Assembly: GCA_051294375.1 (NCBI GenBank) | Contig: CM119263.1 | Location: 4,697,737 to 4,761,736 of the forward strand | Length of the DNA: 64,000 nt | Source of the DNA: Paraspadella gotoi | Lineage: Eukaryota; Animalia; Chaetognatha | Reading direction: 5' to 3' | Shown here: in pieces, positions 40,663 through 64,000 of the stretch | How the letters are laid out: every line of letters starts with the position of its first letter | Position numbering within the stretch: the stretch's first letter is position 1 | Program-made: the position numbers and the translations under genes | Notes under the pieces: model-generated | Told to the model about the DNA's origin: nothing | Databases searched by the model: none | What the model saw: the letters and a program-made list of their open reading frames with translations, nothing else

Positions 40663-42992
40663 TCAGACTCTTGACCTTGATATCCGACACGGGGATGGCC
40701 ACGTCCCTGACGTGACGATTGATGGGCGAGAAGACGGCGTCGGTCGAGGCGGTCAACGCGTTTTTGGCTCGCATCATGAGTTCCCTCTTGACGGGATCTT
40801 TCACCGGGTTGAAGATGTCAACCTCGTGGGAAATGACGGGAGTCTTCTCGTTCGAGTCGCTCGTCGTCCGTCGCTCATCGTCGTCGGCCTCGTCGTCGTC
40901 TTCCGTGATGTCGGTGCGGACGGCGTCGTCGTCGTCCACCAGATCCGGACAATCGCTGTCGCTCTCCGCCGCTTCGCCGCCGCTGTCGCCGCTCCCGTCG
41001 CCGCCGCCGCCTTTTTTACAGGAGATGGATTTTTTTAGTATATATCAAAAATATAGAAATGATCTCGTATTTTAGTATTGTAGTCGGGCATTACTTAAGT
41101 TCACCCCGCCTATAAGCATGACACCTTCTGTCGTGCCCAGCTGACTCATTGGGTAAAAGCCATCAGCTCATGACCACAAGGTACCGGGTTCAATCCTAAC
41201 CGTGTACCCACCCTGCGGGAAGCGTGAAAAAGGCCGTAAGCCGCCATGGGGGTGTCGATAATAAAATTCTCATTAGCAAAAAAGATTGAGTTAATCAATT
41301 AATAAAATTGTCTAGGTTTAAGTTCCGTTTCAATATGTGGTTTATTTTTGGGTTTTCCGAAGTATCAAAATATTGTTTAGTAGAGGAAATGAAAGAAAGC
41401 TGTAACAAGTCAACATTTACGGATAGTTATGACGTGGATTATTAAATGTTTATCTTAAAACTGGCTGTCCCTTTAAAACTCAAAATCATTTTGTATTGTT
41501 CAAAGGTAAAAGCAATGTAAAATCACTTAAGTATTGATACGACACTCCTTTAAACCAAAATAGGAAACTAATGTAATCTACGTGCTCTCTACTCTTTTAA
41601 CCATGGGATATCATCATACTCTCAGTATACCTTTGTCCTTCAAGAAGCAGAGGACCTCCCGCAATCCAGAGTCGTTGATGACGGGTCCATCGTCCAGAAA
41701 TCGTTGATCGTCCAAGGCCAACTTCAGTTGGTCGTCTTCCTCTTTGCGTCGATTGGCGTCCGTCAAGACTTTGGCCGCTCGAGCCATCAATCGCTTGGCT
41801 TCTTTGTAGATCTCTGGATCAGGTTCTTCCGAAGTGGGATCGTCGTCGTAGTCGTCGTCGTCGTCGTCGGCTTCGATGGCGGCGATTTTGTCGGCCAAGA
41901 TGCGGCGAGGGGCGGTGGAGGCGGAGGCGGAGGCGGCGGCGGCGGTGGCGGCGGGAGTGTCCTTGGGGAGGGAATAACGAAGACGGACGTATGGATCGAT
42001 ATAAATAAGGATTGAGGATGAAACTTGAAAGGTTTAAGTTTGAAAAAGAATATGCTATCGAATAGATTTGGAAGTAAGAGCTCACGAAAAAGAAATTAGG
42101 TGATAAAACCACAAAAATGATAATTTTTGAAAATTGTGACAGATGAATAAAAGAGCCGGTTGATTGACAAAGAAACATACAAATGTTATCGGAATAAGTG
42201 ATTTACTGAAGAGATGACGGGCAGACTGGGCACTGGCAGATGTGGAACAGACATATGGATATTGGATCTCAAAAAAGGTCACCTTTGGTCCTCTGTGTCT
42301 TTCTTCCATCGAACTTTCAATCGCGATTATTTTTTTAGCCTCCGCTGTTTTGTCCGCTGTTTTCTCGGCTTTTTTGTCCGCTGTTTTTTCCGCCGTTTTC
42401 TCTACTTTTTTCTCCGTCGTTTTCTTCGCTGTTTTTTCAACTGTTTTCTCCGCTTGCCCTGCTGTTTGCGCGGCTGTTTTTTCTGCAGTTGTTTTGTTTA
42501 TTGCTGTCGCTGCTGCTGCTTTTTCTGTTGCTTTTTCTGTTGTTATTGTTGAGGTTTTTGTCTGTTTAACTTCCTCTGGTTTTTTCGCGGCGGCAGAGGC
42601 GGTAGCGGAGACAGAGGCGGCGGCGGCGTTGCGGCGGCGCGGAGACTGCGTCTGTTTCGGCGCCGGCGGCGTTTGTGGCGCCGCTCGCGGACGTCGAGGG
42701 GATTTGCTAGATTTGGGCGCCGGAGAAGGATTTTTGAGGCCGGAAGAAGGATTTGCCGATTTGCTTTGATCGGCCGGATTTGTGGAAGGATTAGAATCAG
42801 ACGAAGATGTTCGTTTCGTTTTGCTGTCATAAAATGTATTATATTTAAATATATTTACATTATTCAACCTAAAAAATATGAAATGAAAATTTTCTTTATT
42901 AAAAAGTTTCGTTTAGTTTTAATTTACTTTGAAAATGCTTGCCCCATTTCTTCGTCCTCCGATCCAGATTTTTTGGATTTTCTCGATGGCAT
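34338..42992 (-). CDS. Kelch-like BTB-BACK-Kelch protein with a very long N-terminal extension (12 coding exons, about 1300 aa)
   Basis: Exons 42928-42992, 42283-42823, 41631-41961, 40676-41010, 39955-40158, 38780-39543, 37806-38358, 37089-37385, 36172-36479 (indels), 35312-35527, 34908-35044, 34338-34494. BTB: DFVLVVEG..IPCHKSVLAASSPFF. BACK: EEFLSLDYEEL..SDDLNV..E.AFEAVMHWV. Linker PRLGMF. Kelch repeats: IYILGG..YDP..W/Y..LPPMPTPR. Confidence 0.9.
35312..35527 (-). CDS. Kelch gene exon: kelch repeats
   Basis: IYILGG...YDPASDAYESLPPMPTPRAGFGA...LLVLGG. Confidence 0.92.
35883..35979. mobile_element. MITE-like element, truncated copy
   Basis: Same left end and core. Confidence 0.7.
36172..36479 (-). 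CDS. Kelch gene exon: kelch repeats, with indels
   Basis: VYSIGG, MPTTRCNFGAAAVGDDIFVFGG and EWRTIAQLP read across frameshifts. Confidence 0.8.
36716..36784 (-). tRNA. tRNA-Asp(GTC), a few bases short (consensus error or pseudogene)
   Basis: TCCTCGGTAGTATAGTGGTAAGTATCCTCGCCTGTCAC..CCGGGGTTCGATTCCCCG; bases are missing in the 3' anticodon stem and the acceptor stem. Confidence 0.85.
36896..36985 (-). tRNA. tRNA-Tyr(GTA) with a 17-nt intron
   Basis: CCCTCGATAGCTCAGTTGGTAGAGCGGAGGACTGTAG-[taggtttcctgtctggt]-ATCCTTAGGTCGCTGGTTCGAATCCGGCTCGAGGGA; intact stems; T-run downstream. Confidence 0.97.
37089..37385 (-). CDS. Kelch gene exon: linker (PRLGMF) and first kelch repeat
   Basis: Open frame; GT donor at 37088. 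Confidence 0.85.
37806..38358 (-). CDS. Kelch gene exon: BTB end and BACK domain
   Basis: LVDYMYT and AASFLEM..V..AC motifs, BACK motifs; apparent GC donor. Confidence 0.92.
38780..39543 (-). CDS. Kelch gene exon: Glu-rich coiled coil and start of the BTB domain
   Basis: 270-aa ORF ending in HKSVLAASSPFF. Confidence 0.92.
40175..40660. repeat. (ATTT/atagattt)n simple-repeat intron
   Basis: Visible simple repeat filling the intron. Confidence 0.9.
41083..41240 (+). mobile_element. Dispersed repeat with a tRNA-like segment, copy 2
   Basis: B-box-like GGTTCAATCC and a CTCATGA loop; homologous to copy 1. Confidence 0.6.
42283..42823 (-). CDS. Kelch gene exon: Pro/Ala/Lys-rich region with (EKTA) repeats
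   Basis: Long open frame; cag acceptor and gtgacc donor; phases fit the neighbouring exons. Confidence 0.75.
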
Positions 42993-43087
42993 TTGTTTGT
43001 TTTTTTTTTTCAACTTGACTTCTGAAAGATGGGGCGATAGAACCGGGACGAATCTGGAAGAGACAAAAGCATAATATTAATTTTCAT

Positions 43088-43215
43088 ATGAAATTGGTAC
43101 AATCAGTTCAAAAAGTATCTCTTCCTTTTATATCTAAGCTTCCTTGCTCCTTAACTTTGGACAGGCAGGTCCCTACTAAAAGGTTTAATAACGTAGCAGA
43201 ACCCCGCAAGACTCT
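43088..43215. mobile_element. MITE-like element, diverged copy
   Basis: atgaaattggtaca...actttggacaggc. Confidence 0.6.
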
Positions 43216-44146
43216 ATGTTGTGACATGATATTTGTAAAATTTATTAAATTAGTAGTATTTGAGACTGTGTAAGAGATAGATTCTTAGAATAATACTAAA
43301 TGAGAATGAGATTTCATCAATCTCATTTGCATATAGTAGTAAGTCATTTTAAGTCCAATTGATTTTTGTACTGTAATATTTTTAGGCATATTTTTCGATT
43401 TTACATTACTTTTCTATATTGTTTAGTAATTTGATTGATTCATAGATAATTTTGTAATAATTTGATAGAATAATTATGTCATTAATGATTGAATAATAAT
43501 TATAATTCATAACCTGAGTCCCACTCTTACAACTGTACCGTTACCAGGACGTATTGAGATTTACTAGAAGCAAAATTTGCAGTTGTTTTTTTTCTTCTGG
43601 AAATCGCCAACGATGAACTTTCGAAAGTCCGCTTAATTTCTTTCGTCGTATTTCTGTTTTAAAATTCGATAAATGTTTTATAAATAAAGATAATTTCGAT
43701 CTTCGATGTCGGATTCATACGTTTTCTACAGACGGACTAAAAATCCCATTCGATTTTGATTTTAATCTTTTATTCTTACTTTATTTGTGTTACTTTAATT
43801 TCAGACTCTGATGTTTCAAATTGATGATATTTTTTCAAAAAAGTTAAGAATATTCTTCACTGCATCACTCGTTCTTTTCTTTCTCGGCCGATTCTCCCAC
43901 TTACCCGTTATTCAAGCGTAGGATAAGGCGGTAATGTTAGTTACAAACGAAATAAGCCGTTTTTTTTTAATAAAAACTAAATTTGCATCAACAGTCAAAC
44001 ACTTTTGCGGAATATTTTTTTTTTACTTTCAAATTGAAGCCAAAGTTGAAAAAAAAAAGAAAATCCAAAAATTGTTCTCTTTCCTCTTGACTTTTTCCCT
44101 CCCGATCGATGGATTAAGGTTGAGATGGGCGAAAGATCTATGGTGT

Positions 44147-44185
<39 letters not shown>

Positions 44186-46858
44186 CTAGCTAGATCATCG
44201 ATCGAAAAAGCAGTTGGCGTCTGTGAAAAACTATGAAGTTAAACATTCAGTTGTTGGGAGAAGAGATGTACGGCCTGATCGAGATTGACTGGGGGGGCGT
44301 GTGGGGCGCGATAAAGAGAGAGTGAAGGTGAGAGAGAGAAGGATGTTTGAGCGAGTGAAGGGGGACGAAAAAAATCACGGTGTAATCTGTGAAGGGGGCG
44401 AGAAGAGAGGCATTCTTTTAAACATTTAAACTTTATTATAATTTTAGTTAATAAATGTAAAATTGAATGTGGTTCGCTTTGTATACATGGTTAACTTTTT
44501 TGCTAGTTACTAGTTACTAGTTTACTTATGCTGTTTTGTTTTTTTTCTTGGTTTAGTTATAAAAAATTCCTTTTGAGGACGCTAGTTAACCTTCTGGCGG
44601 ATTTGTATAGTTTACAGCTAAACAAGTTAGCAATGATGAAGTGAAGTTATGGAGTTGATAACTCCATAGTCCTTAGAAGGAAGTTATGAAGTTCTGATAT
44701 ACTGCCTAATTTTTTGCTTCTACTAAGTTTCGTTTTTTTATTAGTAATTGTTTTTTTCTCCTCATTTGTCTGTACTTTCAAACAAAAGTTCCCTTGGCAA
44801 AATTGGTAGCCAGAAATCTTTTTTCTCACTAATTAGCTCTTTTTTTTTCAAAAAATACCTAATTTACAAATTAAGAAGAAATAAAAAAAACGAATTTTGG
44901 ATGAGTTACATTTGCTTTATTCCATCATCGTAGACTTTTTTCTGAGTCTAAGATCTACATATCTAGTATTACACTGTATATGATTTTTGTTTGTTTAATT
45001 TGATTTGTTTTTTTAGGGGATCAGATTGTGAAGGACTTAAAACACAATCAAATGCATGTTCAAGTGTACGCTTTATGGAGGTATTATATTAACATGATAA
45101 TGTCGAGACAGCAAAAACATATTGACAATCGTATTAAAAAATAAAGTATAATTTAATCTATTCTTTGGTCAAAATGTAAATTTTTACAACTAGTATTGTT
45201 GCTCAGGCTAATTTAATGAGTTAATTTGTTTAATTTTTTAAGATTAACCTTTTAAATTTTTATCGATTTATTCTGCTGTCCTTTTTTTTCAGCAAAATAT
45301 TAGGTTGTACTTTTTATGCTGGAAAAATCTTTGAACCTCAACAAGTATATGCATTTGCTATTGCTAGATATTCGTAACTGATCTACAGGCAATTGGTGTT
45401 CATAACAACAATTCACTCATAAAAACATTTACATAGCGACCGGCCGTTGACTAAGATGTTAGGGTCAATAACCATTGACATTAGTTAAACCAATATTATT
45501 TTATTTTTTTATCTCACCGTCGCGATGGTTGGTTATTGCTGTTTTATAAATCACATAACTTTTGTCAAACTCACGTACGTCCACCAATGTCTGCATAGGA
45601 TAACAATAGAATAAATAACATTTCATCTTGATTTAAGTTTGATTCATCGGGATTTACTAATGACTCGTATCCCGACTTTGTCAAACAACATATTTTTTTT
45701 CTTTCATCAAAACTGTCGCAATTGGTTTCAGTTATAAACTTAAGTTTACAAAAAGATTATGTATCTATGATAACAAAGAAAAAAACGGTTTCGATGAAAA
45801 AAAAAGCGAATTCATTCTCAATAAATATAGCAGAATTTAACAGTAATTGATGATGATTGTTTAACATGTACAGCACCTACTTCGTAAGCCTTTTCTGGAG
45901 CCTTGAATCGGTAATAATATTGATATACACGGTAAAGATGATTCATTCTAAAAATATTCTTTCGTGAGCGTAGCAGTACTTTTTTGAGTGTGACCGCTAT
46001 CGTGAGGATAACGAGAGGAAATTAATTCTCAAATATAAAAAATGCAGTGAGCCAAAACAAAAAAAAGAACAACTTAATCAATATTTTTATGTTTAACATT
46101 TCATTAGCAAAATATCATTCGTATTAATCCAAATTTTCAGCACCAAGCGATTTTTTTTACGAAGCACCTAAAGTTAAGCGTTTGTTTATTAATACCACCA
46201 TTGATATTTTGAACTTTTTTTAATAATAAAGGATAATTTTGGTTTGTTTGTTTGTTCAATACTAATTTTTCCTCTCATTAACTCTTTAGACTCCATGATA
46301 ATCTCGTGTAAAGACTAGTGTTGACAAAGGTGATATCAAATAAGACAATGTCGACTTATTTGATAACAACAGTGAACGATACACCGGGCTTCTTTATTTC
46401 ACATTAACCAGGTGATATTTGCTCATAATCAAATCAATCACGATAATCTATGCACAATGAAAATTTCAAAACAAACTTTATCATCAACAATTAACAATTT
46501 ACACGACTCTCAACAATAAAAACTATAATTTATTTTTCTCTACTTAAAAGTTTTGACACTAAAGTTTAAGTATCAGTGTTTTTTTCTACGTTTGCTGGGA
46601 GTCTAAATATGTTTTATAATCTGTGTTTTTATTCCATAAATAATCTACAGTAAATATCATCAGTACTACAAAGTTCAATCTATGCGAGAAGTAAACACAT
46701 TTTTTGATGTAACTTAATTATAATACAATGTCCTCATGAGAAGTAAAAATCTTTGTGCTCATGAATTATAATCAAAGTTACTTCACATTGTAATGATAAC
46801 ATTAATCAAAAATCGCAAGGGCCGTATTGATTGTCGTCCGAGACGGGGAAGGGGGAGG

Positions 46859-46922
<64 letters not shown>

Positions 46923-47732
46923 GGTTCATGCATAATTTCGCCAAAAACGATGCAGTATTTTTTCATTGCTGAACCTAAGTCTACTATAAATGAGCGGAGG
47001 TTTTTATCATTGTCATTTTATTATTGTCCTTCTTTTTTAAAATGTGATATTATTAGGTTCAAGGATTAAAAAAATATCGCTACATCCTTTCAGCTAACGG
47101 TATCATAAGTTAATGTTACTATATCAAACACAACAACATGATTTTTTTTTTTGTCAAAACGCACATTAATGATAAACATCCCGACAATGTATATCAGCGG
47201 TGAATTTTATGAATTTAATGATGCTGTATTAACATAAATCTATCATTCGCGTAGCATATGAGGAGAACTAATAGACTTAGCGATCCCCGTCTTAATAAGG
47301 TTAATCTTTTGTCTACAAGGATTTTTGTCATGCTCATTCGATGAACGAAAAATATAAAATAATGATCGGGCGATGTAAGTAATTCTTTTTTTTTGGTAAT
47401 TATTATTTAATAAGCGATGGCGTCATTAACTAACGATTTTAATTAATCCTTTTTTTTTTGTTAATTATATTAGAGTATTAAAAAAAAGAAGCTATGACGC
47501 ATCAAACAATACCAATGCAAATCGCAATCCAAAATAGTATTGTGATGATGATGATGATCGAAATTACGATTTCAATTTTCCGTTTTTTTTTTTTTAATGT
47601 CGCAACCGTCGGGCTTAAGTCCGACCAATTAAATAACATAAGTGACATCATGAACATGTAAAGTTACATCTTTTTGATATAAGTTGTTGATGACTGCTCC
47701 AAAATAGCCAGAGAGAGAGAGAGAGAGAGAGA

Positions 47733-47784
<52 letters not shown>

Positions 47785-49242
47785 TACAATACTGAACAGT
47801 AATAAATACCTTGCATTTTTTTTTTCATATTTTTACAATATAAAATATTTAAAATATCAATTTGTTTCTAAATGAGACCCAAAATAACGCGAATACTGTT
47901 TTCCTCGTCGCCTTTTGACGTCCACACTGCGTACGACGAGGAGAGAGAGTTGAGAAAAGGGAGGAAAGGGAAAGGAGGAAAGGAAAGGGAGGAAAAGAGG
48001 GCGGAGGGAGTGGCAGCTTTCGATGAGCAAACAAAGATCGATGAGAAAGTGAGCGCCGCCATCTTTGATTTTTTTTTCTTTTCGCGGAATAACAACAACG
48101 ACAAACGGGAGTAAAAACTTCACGTGATTCAAAATAGCGGCCATGTTTATTTCTTTTTTTTTTTTTTTTGGTTCTCCTTTTTTCCTTTTTCCGTTTCGTT
48201 CGTTTTTTCTCTCTTCTTATTTTCCTTTACTGATTTTACTTGACTTTTACGTCAACTGAGATGAAAGAGAGAGAGTGAGTAAGGGGGAGCGAGAGAATGA
48301 GAGAGAGTACGAGAGATAAGAAGAGAGAGAGAGAGAGAGACGATTTTTGATCGTTGTTTTAGTCTCTTCTCTTTTCTGTCGTCTTGATTCGAAGTTTTCC
48401 TTCTGAAAAGTACAAATTTGGAGGAAGAGGAGGAGCAGGAGCAGGAGTCGGAGAGGCTGGGGTGAGAAAAAAGGAGAAAAGGAGGTAGAAGGATGAGGTG
48501 AAGGGAAAGTAAAAAAAGGATTAGTTAGTATTAAATTAAATCGCTGTCAAAAATTGTAAAATTCATGATATACTAGTGCAAATACTTTTTTTTAAATTGC
48601 CAAAAACTTAACCCTGAACCCTTTGCCTAACCTAACCTAAGCTAATGTAATTTTAACGTAAACTTAGTCCTTAACCCTTAACGGAGACGCACAAAAGAAT
48701 CGACGTTCGTGTTCGGAAAAAATATCCAATAATGTTATAAAAACCACAAAAAAAATTGAATCAATTATAAAAAAATAAAATAAAATAAAATAAAATAATA
48801 AATTATAAAATAAAAAGAAAATGTTTGAAAAGTTTTTTTAAGAAAAAAGAAAAACTCACCAAAAATTTTAAACTCAAGATTTCTTCTCTCTTCAGTTTAT
48901 GTTTGTTTTTTTTAAACAACAAGTTTTGAAGCGACGCTCGACGGCGTCAGGGAGAACTATGGTTCGTTTGTTTGTTTGTTTTTTTTTGTTTTGACTATAA
49001 AAAAAAATAAAATCGCAGAAAACGTACGAATTTATTTAGTTTTTAGTTGTTTTTTTTTGTTTTTTTTTGTTTGAGAACAAATTCTGAGTGTTTTTTACAG
49101 TTGTTGTTGTTGTTTTAGATTTGGCTTTATTTTTTATTTTTTTTATTTTTGATTTGATCCGCGGGAAGGGGAGGGGAGAGTGAGAGGGAGACAGAGAGAG
49201 CGAGACAGAGAGGGAGACACGTCGTCGACGAAAAGGGTCGCA

Positions 49243-63081
<13,839 letters not shown>

Positions 63082-63840
63082 CTGAAAAAAAAAAAAAAAA
63101 AACAAAGATGAGTAAAGAAACGAAGTTAATTTTCTCTTGTCTGTTTTTCCGTTTCTTTGTTTTAATAGATTAGAAGTTTTTTTAAATTTTATTTCTACTG
63201 CTTTAAATTTAGTTTCGTCTATTAATTCGGTCGATTCGCTTCTGCCATTTTTTCTCTTTTCTTTTTTTTTTTTTGTTCTTTTGTTTTGAATTATTTTGAT
63301 AATGGGGAATTTTTATTGCCGCCGCGTCGAAGTGTCTGAACGACGACGACGATGAGGACGACGACGAGGACTATGACGTCGACGATAGAATAACAACAAC
63401 AACAAAAAGCACTCCAGTTCCGCCTGAGAGTCTCCAACGACGACGACGAAGAAAATGACAGTAAAATTGAAGAGAACGAAGACGACGACGAAGANNNNNN
63501 NNNNGACGACCAACGACAAAAACACCGACGACGAGGGTAACGACTCTTCCTAAACCGACGTCTGATGTCAAAGGTAAAATAAAAAATGAAGGAAAAAAGA
63601 AAAAAANNNNNNNNNNNNNNNNNNNNNNNNNNNNNNNNNNNNNNNNNNNNNNNNNNNNNNNNNNNNNNNNNNNNNNNNNNNNNNNNNNNNNNNNNNNNNN
63701 NNNNNNNNNNNNNNNNNNNNNNNNNNNNNNNNNNNNNNNNNNNNNNNNNNNNNNNNNNNNNNNNNNNNNNNNNNNNNNNNNNNNNNNNNNNNNNNNNNNN
63801 NNNNNNNNNNNNNNNNNNNNNNNNNNNNNNNNNNNNNNNN

Positions 63841-63959
63841 ACCCGACGCCGCCCGACGCCGCCCGTCGCTGCTCCACTGCCGCCCAAAGCCGTCAGACTC
63901 CATCCGACGTCGCCCGACTCTTCCCAACGCCGCGCGACGCCCCGCGACGCCGCCCGTCC
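63841..63959 (-). CDS. Possible Gly-rich TIA-1 exon (RRM2-RRM3 linker), error-laden and cut by a gap
   Basis: aaacag acceptor followed by GGC-GGC-GTC-like repeats. Confidence 0.35.
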
Positions 63960-64000
63960 CTGTTTAGGCGGCGCCCTTTTTATTTATCCTTTGTTTAATC

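Overview
Eukaryotic (invertebrate animal) genomic DNA: AT-rich, dense in microsatellites ((AG)n, (GATT)n, (GAC)n), with many N gaps and local indel noise in the consensus. Four spliced genes can be rebuilt by hand. (1) A Wnt ligand, most like WntA, on + (9 exons, 2229-32411, about 523 aa). Its second intron is about 25.6 kb, and about 170 aa precede its hydrophobic signal segment. (2) A polycystin-2/TRPP channel gene (PKD2) on - (about 10775-25500), lying wholly inside that Wnt intron; some exons are hidden in gaps. (3) A BTB-BACK-Kelch gene on - (34338-42992, about 1300 aa) with a roughly 700-aa low-complexity/coiled-coil N-terminus, a probable GC-AG intron, and tRNA-Tyr plus tRNA-Asp inside one intron. 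(4) The 3' half of a TIA-1/TIAR gene on - (49243 to beyond 63081). Non-coding features include a minimal Penelope-type hammerhead ribozyme at 15338-15382, a MITE-like family with five copies, tRNA-derived SINE-like elements and minisatellites. All family assignments rest on recognised motifs; no database searches or folding programs were run.
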